A DNA stretch of 64,000 nucleotides. It comes from Patescibacteria group bacterium (lineage in GTDB: Bacteria > Patescibacteriota > SICC01). The position numbers were made by a program, and so were the translations under genes. The notes beneath the pieces are model-generated. The model was given only the letters and a program-made list of their open reading frames with translations, was not told the origin of the DNA and made no database searches. Where the stretch lies: assembly GCA_040902515.1 (NCBI GenBank), contig JBBDXB010000006.1, positions 130,219 to 194,218 of the forward strand, written 5' to 3'. Of the stretch, positions 8,357-18,194 are shown in pieces; positions within the stretch are counted from its first letter, which is position 1; every line of letters starts with the position of its first letter.

Positions 8357-9163
8357 TCACTCACTAAAGTACCGGACTGCTGCTTCTGGATCCTCCGCAC
8401 GCATGAGATGCTCACCGATCAGGACTCCGTCCACGCCGGCGTTACGGAGTTCCGACAAAAGCGCCCGCGACGCTTCGTCCACCTGGAAGCCGCTTTCCGT
8501 TACCACCAACGTCCCGTCAGGAACCTCGCCGAGCAACGTTGCCGTGAGTCCTGTGTCGGTCGTGAGTTCCGGGTCGCGCAGATTCCGGTTGTTCACTCCG
8601 ATGATCTTGGGTCGAACGGCCACGGCGCGTTCCAGTTCTTCGGCGTCGTGTACTTCGACTAGGACATCAAGCCCGATTGAGTCCGCATACTCACTCAGTC
8701 GCGAAAGCTCATCGTCTTCAAGCGCTCCCACGATCAGCAATGCGGCATCGGCGCCGGCTGCCTTTGCCTCAAGAAGCTGATAGTGGTCAGTGATGAAGTC
8801 CTTCCGCAACAAGGGCAGGTCGGTCACCTCCCGGCCTTTCCGGAGGTGATCGAGCGAACCCCCGAAACGGGTCTCCTCCGTGAGTAGCGAAATAGCCCGA
8901 GCCCCGCCCCATTCGTAGGCGGCAATGGTCTCCACGACTCCCCAGTCTTCCCGAATCATCCCTCTGCTTGGAGATCGACGCTTGTGCTCCGCAATGACCG
9001 ACAACCCGGGACGACCCAGGGCGTCCGCGAAAGACCCTTCCCGATTCCGCCAGCGCTCCGCCTTGGCGAACAGCTCCGACTCCCCGACCTCGCGTTTTCG
9101 GACCATTGCTTGTTCGCGCGACGATGCCGAGAGTTTCTCAAGTATGGGGACGGGCTTTTCCAT
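8357..9163 (-). CDS. trpC: Indole-3-glycerol-phosphate synthase
   Basis: IAEHKRRSPSRG, ISLLTEE..FGGS, LLRKDFI, GVNNRNL, ESG, VLIGE; start moved to MEKPV behind TACGCT -10. Confidence 0.92.
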   Translation of the reverse strand: MEKPVPILEKLSASSREQAMVRKREVGESELFAKAERWRNREGSFADALGRPGLSVIAEHKRRSPSRGMIREDWGVVETIAAYEWGGARAISLLTEETRFGGSLDHLRKGREVTDLPLLRKDFITDHYQLLEAKAAGADAALLIVGALEDDELSRLSEYADSIGLDVLVEVHDAEELERAVAVRPKIIGVNNRNLRDPELTTDTGLTATLLGEVPDGTLVVTESGFQVDEASRALLSELRNAGVDGVLIGEHLMRAEDPEAAVRYFSE

Positions 9164-9438
9164 GGCAAACCAGCGTATCACGCCCCGCCGGTAACTCGAC
9201 AGATATCCAGATTAGTAATGCTCCCCAGTCGGGTCTGGAACCTTTACGGCTAGACCATTGAAACGTTTTCAGTGTCTCACAATTCGAACCGATCAGGCAT
9301 GGAATGGGACAAATGGAACGCCATGATTGCTGAGTGAGGTGAGATACGAGCAAGTTCGCCAGTCTCAGAAAATCGACTATGGCCTAGACCCTGCTCACCT
9401 TTTACACAAAACACTCCCTAACTGTATAATAGCGCGCT

Positions 9439-11892
9439 ATGAACAAGTCAGAGCCACGAGAACATGAAGTTGATTATACCGAGGTTTTTACCGATAGTCT
9501 TATTAATCCCGAAGTAGCGCCGGAATTAGACCAGGTACAGGAAGATTGTTTAAGAGAAATCGCATACGCACGTGATCAAGGGGAGCAGCGTGCATTAGTT
9601 GTGCTCGCATCCGGCATGGGTAAAACAAGAATTGCCGCGAAAGACGTGTCTAATTTCTTTATCGAAAACCCTAATAGTCGCGTATTGTACCTGTGCCACC
9701 AGAACGAGATACTCAGGCAGGCTGAGCAAGAATTTCGCGGAGTCCTCGGATCCCCTCATAGCTACGGCCAGTTTGCCGGACATGAAAAGGAGTTTGATGA
9801 AGTCAACTGCCTATTCGCTTCTTTCCAGACTATGCGAGATTGGAAGGATGCGTTCCTACCGGAAGAGTTTGACTACATTATAGTCGACGAGGGTCATCAC
9901 AGCGCTGCCAAAACATATCAACCAGTCTTGGAATATTTTAATCCGCGGTTCGCCCTCGGTTTAACTGCGACCCCTGATCGTGGCGATCTCAAGGACATCC
10001 GAGCGATTTTCGGACCTGAACGTTACTCTATGCCACTTGAAGAGGCATTAGCAGAAGGACACCTGGCTCGAATAGACTACCGTCTAATGGCTGATGAAAT
10101 CGATTGGGATGAAGTCCGGAAAGCAGCAGAAGGCCATGTAACAATGGCAGATCTTAATCGACGAGTATTCATTGAACACCGAGATGAAGAAATCGTCGGA
10201 GTAATAGACAAACACCGGGCAGAGCTAGATGGGGCAAAAGTCATGGTCTTCTGCCCTTCAATCGCTTACTGCGATCGTTTGGCGGAAGTAATGCCCGATG
10301 CCGTGACAATTCATTCGGCATTATCGGCCGGAGAGCAGCGTTTGAAACTTGAAGATTTTCGAAGTGGTCTAATCAATACAGTAGTAACTGTTGATAAATT
10401 CAATGAGGGCATAGACATCCCCGATGCGAATTTAGTTGTTTTTCTACGATCCACCGCGTCTAAGAACATATTCATCCAACAGCTCGGACGTGGCTTACGC
10501 AAGACACCTGAAAAGCAAGGGGTGCGTATTCTTGATTTTGTAAATAATCTTGAGCGCATGGAGCTCATCGACGAACTATGGCGAGATGTCACCGAACGAT
10601 ACCGGCGCATGCACGGCACAGCAGAACAAGAAGCGCTCGTTGTGGATATTGGAACCGTAAGCTTCGAAGAAATCAACAAAGACCTTCAGGAGGTTTTGGA
10701 ACTGCTCAGACAGGGTTACACCAAGGAAAAACTTGTGGGCCAACTGCTCGCTTTAGCCGAAGAGTTAGGTAAATCACCATCAATCCCAGATATTCGACGA
10801 GCCCAAGAAGAGAAGCGCTGCGCAAGCCCGGGCACGTTCGCCAGGCATTTTGGCTCTTATAACAAGGCGCTCGAAGCGGCCGGTCTGGAGTCACGTGCGA
10901 AGCCACCTTCATACACAACTGAAGAACTAGTCCAACAGCTCACTAACCTCGCTAATGAGCTGGGGGTTACTCCCCTGGTCAGCGATATCGATAGCGCACA
11001 TGAAGAAGGAATATGTGCTAGTACCGATGTCTTTCGGTCACGCTTTGGCTCACTACGACAAGCTCGCGAGGCGGCTGAACTAGAGGCGACTGAGTGGAGA
11101 AGGTACTCAGATCACGAGTTGCTGGAACAACTTACTCAGCTTACGGAGGAACTCGGTCATGCCCCTACGAGTAGTGACATTAACCGAGCTTTCGATGAAG
11201 GTAGGACTGCAAGTATCGACACCTTTCATCGTCGGTTCGGGACACTGGCAGAAGCCCACAAGATTGCGAGGGTCTTCGATAAACGCACTCACCGACTCAG
11301 TGATCAGCAACTACTTAGTCAGCTCAAGCAGTTGCATGAAGTAGAAGGGCGTCCGCTAAACCGCGTTGACCTCGCTGAAGCACGTCGTGAAGGTCGAGGC
11401 CCGAGTCCCCAATTGCTTGTGAAACGATTTGGCTCGACACCGGAGGCGCTACGTCGAGCAGGTATTCCTCTACGCATCCCGGCACACCGGAAATTTGGAA
11501 CAACAGAGTTCACCGAGGAAGATCTTATCCAGCGACTCGTGGCCTATAGCGAGGAGTTGGGACGAGTCCCAAGTCAAAGCGAGTTGGTTGATGCGTCAAA
11601 ACAAGGAAAGTGTCCCAATGCTTCGGTCTTCGCCAGACACTTTGGAACATACAATAAAGCAGTTAAGGCAGCTGGCCTGAAACCAGTTGCGGAGAAACCA
11701 AGTTACACAGACGATGAGCTGCTTGAGCAGTTGCGTAGCCTTGCAAAAGAACTTGGTTCTATTCCCACTAAGAACCAAGTCAAGGAACTTTCTAAACGGG
11801 GAAAGTGCGCGACCAGCACAACTTTTATTAAAAGGTTCGGCACATTTGAAGAAGCGCTACAACTCGCAGACATTCATCTGAAAGACTCTTGA
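9439..11892 (+). CDS. SF2 (ResIII/DEAD-like) helicase with six C-terminal homing-endonuclease-associated repeats
   Basis: LASGMGKT, VDEGHH, GLTATP, FNEGIDIP, QQLGRGLR; six ~60-aa Y(T/S)xEEL...LG..P...F..RFG(S/T)...A repeats. Confidence 0.9.
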   Translation: MNKSEPREHEVDYTEVFTDSLINPEVAPELDQVQEDCLREIAYARDQGEQRALVVLASGMGKTRIAAKDVSNFFIENPNSRVLYLCHQNEILRQAEQEFRGVLGSPHSYGQFAGHEKEFDEVNCLFASFQTMRDWKDAFLPEEFDYIIVDEGHHSAAKTYQPVLEYFNPRFALGLTATPDRGDLKDIRAIFGPERYSMPLEEALAEGHLARIDYRLMADEIDWDEVRKAAEGHVTMADLNRRVFIEHRDEEIVGVIDKHRAELDGAKVMVFCPSIAYCDRLAEVMPDAVTIHSALSAGEQRLKLEDFRSGLINTVVTVDKFNEGIDIPDANLVVFLRSTASKNIFIQQLGRGLRKTPEKQGVRILDFVNNLERMELIDELWRDVTERYRRMHGTAEQEALVVDIGTVSFEEINKDLQEVLELLRQGYTKEKLVGQLLALAEELGKSPSIPDIRRAQEEKRCASPGTFARHFGSYNKALEAAGLESRAKPPSYTTEELVQQLTNLANELGVTPLVSDIDSAHEEGICASTDVFRSRFGSLRQAREAAELEATEWRRYSDHELLEQLTQLTEELGHAPTSSDINRAFDEGRTASIDTFHRRFGTLAEAHKIARVFDKRTHRLSDQQLLSQLKQLHEVEGRPLNRVDLAEARREGRGPSPQLLVKRFGSTPEALRRAGIPLRIPAHRKFGTTEFTEEDLIQRLVAYSEELGRVPSQSELVDASKQGKCPNASVFARHFGTYNKAVKAAGLKPVAEKPSYTDDELLEQLRSLAKELGSIPTKNQVKELSKRGKCATSTTFIKRFGTFEEALQLADIHLKDS

Positions 11893-12115
11893 AAAGTCTA
11901 GTGGAGTTGCAACACAGACAAGCAAACTTTCTCGAAAGAAGGATTAGTCGGGTTGGGAACCCTCTTTTCGAGGCCGCTTTGGGCTTTCTTAACCTTCACC
12001 CCTAAGCATGCTCGGGTTGGTGACTGGATTGCGGATTATTCGCGACCGTTGAGAGATTTCTTGAGCTGGTTCTACACCGTCCCTATTGGCTCCGGGTCTG
12101 GGACAACGTTAGAAC

Positions 12116-12436
12116 CTACTTCAAAAGCACAGCAGCGGTTCGTTCGTAGAGCTTCGCTACGGCTTCTCCGTTTTGAACACGGTGATTAAACTCCGTCAGC
12201 GTTTCGCCATTCAGCTGATCATATAGTGTGTCGTACATCAAAACAGCCAGGAGCGGCTCCCACCGATCCCGCGAATATGCCGACTCAAGTGCACCCATTG
12301 AACAACGCGCCTTTCCATGACTGCTCATACCGCTAACTCGCCAGCCATAGGTTCGTATATAGAGCGCGGCCTTCCGGAAGATTTTGGCTGACCGACTTTT
12401 TAACGGTGGTGAAATCATGACTTGATTACATGGCAT
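12116..12436 (-). CDS. Hypothetical protein (DUF6197-like)
   Basis: AALYIRTYGW...RCSMGAL...FN..V...AVAKLYERTA pattern; start moved downstream of the tRNA. Confidence 0.5.
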   Translation of the reverse strand: MPCNQVMISPPLKSRSAKIFRKAALYIRTYGWRVSGMSSHGKARCSMGALESAYSRDRWEPLLAVLMYDTLYDQLNGETLTEFNHRVQNGEAVAKLYERTAAVLLK

Positions 12437-12463
12437 AGCGTCGTAGTTTATTAATGTTGCTTG

Positions 12464-12534
12464 CTCCGGGACAGGGATTCGAACCCCGATTACCAGATTC
12501 AGAGTCTGGCGTCCTACCATTAGACGATCCCGGA
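12464..12534 (-). tRNA. tRNA-Gln(CTG)
   Basis: Cloverleaf; anticodon arm CCAGA-CT CTG AA-TCTGG; GGTTCGAATCC. Confidence 0.96.
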
Positions 12535-12583
12535 ATGGGCCGTATGCGACCTCTTCCTAGTGTAAAGAATCCCGGGCGGTTAT

Positions 12584-13402
12584 TCAGCTGCGGTCGAGGG
12601 CCGGATCCAGCTCCACGTCTTCCAGTTTGAACGCGAGCATCTGCCCCTGGAAGTCAGGATAGTGGTCGATCCACCACCACACGGCCTCATTCTTGCCCTC
12701 CGCCGCGAGTGCGGGAATGGCGTCATCGACCCAAACCAACGCATGTCCGTCACGGAAATCCTGCTCGTCTCCGTCACGGTCCGGCGCCATCGGGATACTG
12801 ACTCCCTCCCAAGCCGTCCGGACCCACTCGGGCGGGCGGCCTTCTTCCGGAGCCGTGACGACGGTAAAGTACGACCAGCCACTACGGCGGGCCCGTTCCA
12901 GACTGCTCGCCTCCGGGTTCTTGAGAGACCTCCACAGGTCTGCCAAGCGGGCCTCGGTTTCGCCAAGGTCGGTGTGTAGCCAGGAATCATGGGCTTCCTT
13001 CGCCAGCCGGTCCAGGAAGCCTTCCTTGAAGGAACGGCCCTCGTCGCCGGTAAGCAGCCGGGGATTCCTGGCCATGCGGGCGCGGGAACCCTCGCGGTAC
13101 TGCACGAACCGTTCGTTCTCCTCGATCCAACGCGCGACGACCTCGTCCAATCTCCATTCATAACTGGATGGATCAATACCCTGGAGTTGGTCGGTCAGTT
13201 CTGCACGGCCGATGCCGTCAAGCACGGCCACCTTGTCCGAAAGTTCCAGCCCGCCGAAGAATTCCAGGAAACGCTCCCGTTCATCGGGATCCTCGTGCGT
13301 CGGATGGAACGTCCCGCCGTCCGGTGATGTTACGGCGTGCCGTCCCTCGGTCGCCGTATCCCGACTGATTCCGAAGCTGACCCTAGGTTCGGTGTCACTC
13401 AT
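12584..13402 (-). CDS. Hypothetical protein
   Basis: 272-aa acidic ORF overlapping the HAD gene stop by 4 nt. Confidence 0.7.
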   Translation of the reverse strand: MSDTEPRVSFGISRDTATEGRHAVTSPDGGTFHPTHEDPDERERFLEFFGGLELSDKVAVLDGIGRAELTDQLQGIDPSSYEWRLDEVVARWIEENERFVQYREGSRARMARNPRLLTGDEGRSFKEGFLDRLAKEAHDSWLHTDLGETEARLADLWRSLKNPEASSLERARRSGWSYFTVVTAPEEGRPPEWVRTAWEGVSIPMAPDRDGDEQDFRDGHALVWVDDAIPALAAEGKNEAVWWWIDHYPDFQGQMLAFKLEDVELDPALDRS

Positions 13403-14058
13403 CCGAACACCGCGTGCAACAGTTCCGGCTGCAGCTCGTCCAGCGAGCCGATCACCGCGTCGGCCATCGAGTAGTCCACCTGGAACTTCGGGTTCGAGTC
13501 GAAGGCGACCGACTTCATCCCCGCGCGTTCCGCGGCCAGCAGGCCGTTCCGCGAATCGTCCACCATCACGCCGCTGCCGCGCTTCAGCCCGACCCGGTCC
13601 ACGACCATGCTCAGCAGGTCGTCCAGTTCGTCGCGGGGCCCCAGGTCGTCGCTGGTCAGGACGGCGTCGAACTGGGCACGGATCCCGAACCGGTCCAGCG
13701 CCGTCTCGGTCGTCTTCCGGCTCCGCCCGCTGGTCACGGCCACGTGGAATCCCTCGCTGAGCCGCTCGACCGCGTCCACCGAACCGGACATCGGTTCGAG
13801 CTCCTTCGCCGCCCGCTTCCGGAACAGCGCCTTCTTCCGCTCGGCGACCTCATCCGGCTTGGCCTGCACGCTCGCGCTCTTGAGGAGCGAGCGGGCCGTG
13901 TCCGGCGAGCTCCATCCCATCGTCTTCATGAGCGCCTCGTCGGAGACGGAAGCGCCGAGCCCGCCTAACACCTCCTGCCAGCACGCCAGGTGCAGGTCAA
14001 AACTGTCGGCGATCACCCCGTCAAAATCAAACACGACCACGCGTTTCTTGGCTGCCAT
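13399..14058 (-). CDS. HAD-family phosphatase (beta-PGM-like)
   Basis: FDFDGVIADS motif I, VTSG, VDDSRNGLLAAERAGM. Confidence 0.9.
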   Translation of the reverse strand: MAAKKRVVVFDFDGVIADSFDLHLACWQEVLGGLGASVSDEALMKTMGWSSPDTARSLLKSASVQAKPDEVAERKKALFRKRAAKELEPMSGSVDAVERLSEGFHVAVTSGRSRKTTETALDRFGIRAQFDAVLTSDDLGPRDELDDLLSMVVDRVGLKRGSGVMVDDSRNGLLAAERAGMKSVAFDSNPKFQVDYSMADAVIGSLDELQPELLHAVFG

Positions 14059-14061
14059 GTC

Positions 14062-15117
14062 TTACGCCTTGGTATATCCTGTCGAGTTCCGCAGGGAAAT
14101 CAACGTTATCTTGAGGAGCCCGAGCGCCGGCGTCGCCAGCAGCGCCCCGGCGACACCCGCCAACTGCACGCCGACCAGGAGGCCGAAGAAGACGATCAGC
14201 GGATGCAGCTCGACCGCCCGGCCGACGATCCGCGGATACAGCACCTTGTCGGTGAATTCGTTGAACAGCAGGAAGAAGACGATGAACACCGGGATCAGGA
14301 TCGGGTTGATGAACGCGGCGATCAACACCGGAAGCACCATGCCGAGCAATGCGCCGATGACCGGGATCAGCGCGGTGATACCGGCGACCAGTCCGGCGAT
14401 CACCGAGTAAGGCAGTCCCAGGGCCGTCATGAACATCCCGACCGCGACCGCGACGATCACGGAAATCAGGAGCTGCCCACGGACGAACCGTCCGAGGATG
14501 CGGTCGTAGTCGCTGGCAAGCTTGCGGACGAACCGCTGGCGCCGCCTGGGAAACAGGAGAATCAGGCGTTCCGCGAACCGACGGCCCGAATGCAGGAAGT
14601 ACGCCGTCACGAACAGGACGAAGAAGAGGCTGGAGATGGTCCCGAAGAAGCTGGCGATGATCGAACCGGTCCGACTGACGATCGCCGCCGTACCTGTCTC
14701 CAGGCGTTCCGCGAACTGGTTGGCGGCGGCCTGCAGGTCGTAATCGATCTGCCGCTGTTCCAGCCAGCGCTGGGCTTCCGGGATGCCGGACTCCAGCTGC
14801 TGCTGGTATTCGGGATAGTTGTCCGCGAACTGCTCGACCTGGTTGGTCAGGGGCACCGAGATCAGCGCCGCGAACCCGATCAGGACGGCGGCGAGGCCGA
14901 TGTAGACCAAGAGGATCGCGAGCGCCCGGGGAACGTAGCGGAGCTTGCTGAGCCGGTTCACGAACGGGAGCAAGGCGTAGGTAAGCAGAACGGAGAACGC
15001 CACGACCAATGCGAGCTGTCCGAATTCGGAGAGCAGGCCGGCGGCGAAGTACAGGATGATGCCGGTCGCGATGACCGTCAGTTCGATTGCCAGGATGCGC
15101 GGGATGGTGATCGTCAT
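14062..15117 (-). CDS. AI-2E (PerM) family transporter
   Basis: Multi-TM; FVRGQL, LIPVIG, YPRIVGRAVELHP; start moved out of the tRNA. Confidence 0.9.
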   Translation of the reverse strand: MTITIPRILAIELTVIATGIILYFAAGLLSEFGQLALVVAFSVLLTYALLPFVNRLSKLRYVPRALAILLVYIGLAAVLIGFAALISVPLTNQVEQFADNYPEYQQQLESGIPEAQRWLEQRQIDYDLQAAANQFAERLETGTAAIVSRTGSIIASFFGTISSLFFVLFVTAYFLHSGRRFAERLILLFPRRRQRFVRKLASDYDRILGRFVRGQLLISVIVAVAVGMFMTALGLPYSVIAGLVAGITALIPVIGALLGMVLPVLIAAFINPILIPVFIVFFLLFNEFTDKVLYPRIVGRAVELHPLIVFFGLLVGVQLAGVAGALLATPALGLLKITLISLRNSTGYTKA

Positions 15118-15156
15118 GCTGCCGTTAGTATACCGCGAAACGATGGGGATTTCGTG

Positions 15157-15228
15157 TGGGTGCAGAGGGACTCGAACCCCCAACCAATTGCTTAAGAGGC
15201 AACTGCTCTACCATTGAGCTATGCACCC
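15157..15228 (-). tRNA. tRNA-Lys(CTT)
   Basis: Cloverleaf; loop CT CTT AA. Confidence 0.95.
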
Positions 15229-15314
15229 GCAGTAGCACAGTATAGCCCAGCGCGTGCCCGCGGTCAGCCCGATTGACGGGTCCGCGGCCGGCGCCTAGCG
15301 TGAGGGTGAAACAA

Positions 15315-16160
15315 ATGACCGAAACCATCCGGAAGCTAGTCAGCGAAACGATCGGGCGATCGGGTATCGAGCCGAGCCTGGCGACCGCGCCGATCACTTT
15401 GACCGGCGGTCTCCGCACGACCATCCATGTCGCGGCGTTCCCCCGCGACCGCACGGTCGTCCGGGTGGACGCGATGCGCGCACCCGAACGTGTAGTCGAT
15501 TATTGCCGGCATGTCGGTATCCCCCATGCCGTCGTGGGCGGCTTCTTCTGCCGTCGGAGCGGAAAGCCGCTGGGCACCGTCCGCATTCCCGGACGGCGGG
15601 TCGCCACGGAACCGTTCGGGAAGCACTGGGCGGGTCGGCGCGGGGCGATCTATGCGAACGGCTCCGACCTCCGGATCGGTCCGGTGGGAGGACTCCCGCG
15701 GCGCGGCGGATACCTGCTGACCGCCGGACCGGCGCTGGTCGCGGACGGCGTCTCCCTCGTGGGATCGGGCAGCGCCTATGAAGGCATTCCCGAGACCTGG
15801 CAGGGGGAGCTGGATGACGACTGGACCGGGGACCGCACCCAGCGCACCGCGGTCGGATACGACGACAAGCGGATTTGGGCGGTGGCAGTAGACGGGCAGT
15901 CGTCCCAGTCGATGCATGGGTTCCACGACGAAGCGAACCCCGACGCCGGCATCCGGCTGGACGAGCTGGCCCAGATCTTCATCGGGCTCGGTGCCCGAGC
16001 CCCGCTGAATCTTGATGGCGGCGGTGGGAGCGCCCTGGTGTATGACGGAGAACTTGCCAACTGCCCGCGCGCCGGCAGGTACGACGTCGAGCCGATCGGC
16101 GCAGTGATGCGGAAAGGTCGCCCGGCCTACAGCATGATCACGTTCCAGCCGATCTCCTGA
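15315..16160 (+). CDS. Phosphodiester glycosidase (NAGPA-like) family protein
   Basis: GGFF, AGPALV, RTAVG, VDG, LNLDGGGGS motifs. Confidence 0.82.
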   Translation: MTETIRKLVSETIGRSGIEPSLATAPITLTGGLRTTIHVAAFPRDRTVVRVDAMRAPERVVDYCRHVGIPHAVVGGFFCRRSGKPLGTVRIPGRRVATEPFGKHWAGRRGAIYANGSDLRIGPVGGLPRRGGYLLTAGPALVADGVSLVGSGSAYEGIPETWQGELDDDWTGDRTQRTAVGYDDKRIWAVAVDGQSSQSMHGFHDEANPDAGIRLDELAQIFIGLGARAPLNLDGGGGSALVYDGELANCPRAGRYDVEPIGAVMRKGRPAYSMITFQPIS

Positions 16161-16259
16161 CACCCTTGTCGGATGGGCTATTTTTTCGTAAGATAAGGTG
16201 TTTTTGGTATTGCCAACGCACTACTGAAACAACCCGTACCTCGACATGGAAGGAATACG

Positions 16260-16613
16260 ATGGATTGGCTGGTTCGCCTGACCAAATTCACCCTGAGAAA
16301 CGACCGGCGGAGACAGGAGATGGCGTATGCCGTGCTCGAACGTGACCTCGAGAAGCATCGACACGGTTGGACCTGTCTCTTCTACGGTTGCTCCCGTAAG
16401 CGGGAGGAGCTGAAGAAGACACGGCAAATCGTCGAGAAGATCGACGTCGCCTTGCGAGCACTCGACAGAGGAGACTTCGCACCAGCCGCCCGGCAGCTGG
16501 AGAGCCTTGCTGCGATCGCCGTCCTGGAGGAGAATACCCCTTCTTCCATCCAACTTCTTCTCACGGAGATGGCCAAGGGCCTCCGGACGGAGCGGATTAC
16601 CGCAGACTCCTGA
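16260..16613 (+). CDS. Hypothetical helical protein
   Basis: SD GAAGGA; followed by a terminator. Confidence 0.6.
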   Translation: MDWLVRLTKFTLRNDRRRQEMAYAVLERDLEKHRHGWTCLFYGCSRKREELKKTRQIVEKIDVALRALDRGDFAPAARQLESLAAIAVLEENTPSSIQLLLTEMAKGLRTERITADS

Positions 16614-16684
16614 ATTCCCGTTGCCTCGGACTCCTGACCCGCGCGCTCCCCGAGCGTAGTCCAGCGAACCATCGTGTCGCGGGT

Positions 16685-16725
16685 GACGCCCTTCAGAAAT
16701 TATCATTTTGGAGGGCGTCTTTTTT
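16685..16725 (+). terminator. Intrinsic terminator
   Basis: GACGCCCT...AGGGCGTC plus T6. Confidence 0.8.
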
Positions 16726-16779
16726 ATTCAGATGTTCTGCCGCCGCCGGTCGCGGCGCCGTGCGTCGGTGCGCGTTCGA

Positions 16780-17754
16780 TCAATGTTCCCGTTCGCGGTA
16801 CTTCCGGAAGTCGCTGACCGCATCGGTCAGCAGGCGATCGAGCAGTTCCGTGAACCGTACCCCGGCCGCCTCCATGAGCTTCGGGTACACGCTGGTCTTC
16901 GTGAACCCGGGAATCGTGTTCACCTCGCTGACGAGGGCACGGTCGTCCTCGACGAAGAAGTCGATCCGGGCCATGCCGCTGCAACCGGTCGACCGGAATA
17001 CGCGAAGCGCCAGGTCGCGGAGCTCAGTGGCGCGTACCGCCGGCAGTTCCGCCGGAACACTGAGCTTCATCCCGCCTTCCGTGTACTTGGCCTCGTAGTC
17101 ATACCAGTCCGCTCCCTGCAGAACGATCTCGCCGGGCGGCGAGGCGACCAGGTCGCTCGTACCGAGCACCGCCACTTCGACCTCCCGTCCGGCCGAGGCC
17201 GCCTCGACCAGCACCACGGAATCGTGACGGAACGCTTCCGCGAGCGCCGCTTCGAGTTCGTCATCGGTAGCGGCCTTGCTGATGCCCACCGACGATCCCA
17301 GCCGCGACGGCTTCACGAAGACCGGCCAGCCGAGTTCGGCGATCCGCTGCCGGTCGTCGGCCTCGACCGGATGCCGGAGCGTCACGTACCGCACCTGCGG
17401 GATGTCGTGATGCGCCATCCACTCCTTGAACACCGCCTTGTCCATGCAGGTCGCGGAGGCGTGCAGGCCGCTGCCGACGTAGGCGACGTCGAGCAGTTCC
17501 AGCATGCCTTGGATCGTGCCGTCCTCGCCGTAGGGGCCGTGCAGGACCGGGAAAACGGCGTCCGCGCCGAGTAATCCCTTGCCGGGCCGGATCGGCACCT
17601 CCTTGCCGCCGTGCCGCCACGTGCCGTCCTTCCCGACCTCAACGTAGTGGACTTCGTGACCGGCCTCGCGCAAGCCTTCACGGACCGACTTCGCCGATTC
17701 CAGCGAGACCTCGTGCTCACTGGAACGACCGCCGCCGAGGACCACTACCTTCAT
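16780..17754 (-). CDS. ddl: D-alanine--D-alanine ligase
   Basis: GGRSSEHEVS, LHGPYGEDG, GSSVGI, YDYEAKY, EVNTIPGFT. Confidence 0.96.
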   Translation of the reverse strand: MKVVVLGGGRSSEHEVSLESAKSVREGLREAGHEVHYVEVGKDGTWRHGGKEVPIRPGKGLLGADAVFPVLHGPYGEDGTIQGMLELLDVAYVGSGLHASATCMDKAVFKEWMAHHDIPQVRYVTLRHPVEADDRQRIAELGWPVFVKPSRLGSSVGISKAATDDELEAALAEAFRHDSVVLVEAASAGREVEVAVLGTSDLVASPPGEIVLQGADWYDYEAKYTEGGMKLSVPAELPAVRATELRDLALRVFRSTGCSGMARIDFFVEDDRALVSEVNTIPGFTKTSVYPKLMEAAGVRFTELLDRLLTDAVSDFRKYREREH

Positions 17755-17775
17755 GTGCCCCAGTATAACGCGCTG

Positions 17776-17849
17776 CGCGCCCGGAAGGATTCGAACCTCC
17801 GACACCCTGCTCCGAAGGCAGGTGCTCTAATCCGCTGAGCTACGGGCGC
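17776..17849 (-). tRNA. tRNA-Arg(TCG)
   Basis: Anticodon arm CCTGC-CT TCG GA-GCAGG. Confidence 0.95.
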
Positions 17850-17858
17850 ATAAGTTTA

Positions 17859-18194
17859 TTATACGTCCTCGATTAAACGTTCGAACGTTCTTACTCGATG
17901 ACAGTTCGCGCATACCAGTTCGCATTTACTAATTTCGCGATCGAGCAATGCCCGATTATTCATCATAGCCAACCTGCTAACTAGTATTTCCTTGTCTCCG
18001 AGATGGTCGAAATCCATAACGTAGTACGGATATGTCTTCTTGCAATCAGCACAAGGGATTGAATTCTTTAGCTCTCTGAGATGCTTTCGCAACTCTTCTC
18101 GCCGCCTTCGATTCTTCTTGAGATATGTATCACGGTTGGCATAGTAATGATTCCGTATTGCAGCACGTCGCTTCTCAATATCTTTATACGGCAT
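17859..18194 (-). CDS. Small HNH endonuclease
   Basis: CADC...FDH...CELVCANCH; AT-rich; TATAAT 6 nt before ATG. Confidence 0.85.
   Translation of the reverse strand: MPYKDIEKRRAAIRNHYYANRDTYLKKNRRRREELRKHLRELKNSIPCADCKKTYPYYVMDFDHLGDKEILVSRLAMMNNRALLDREISKCELVCANCHRVRTFERLIEDV

Noticed and set aside
2830-12460. Prophage or ICE call for the AT-richer region ending at tRNA-Gln
   Set aside because: No integrase, phage structural gene or duplicated tRNA 3' end found
12436-12520. ORF-track N-terminal extensions running through tRNAs (also ddl, AI-2E, HIT, deaminase)
   Set aside because: They overlap clear tRNA genes, so downstream starts were used
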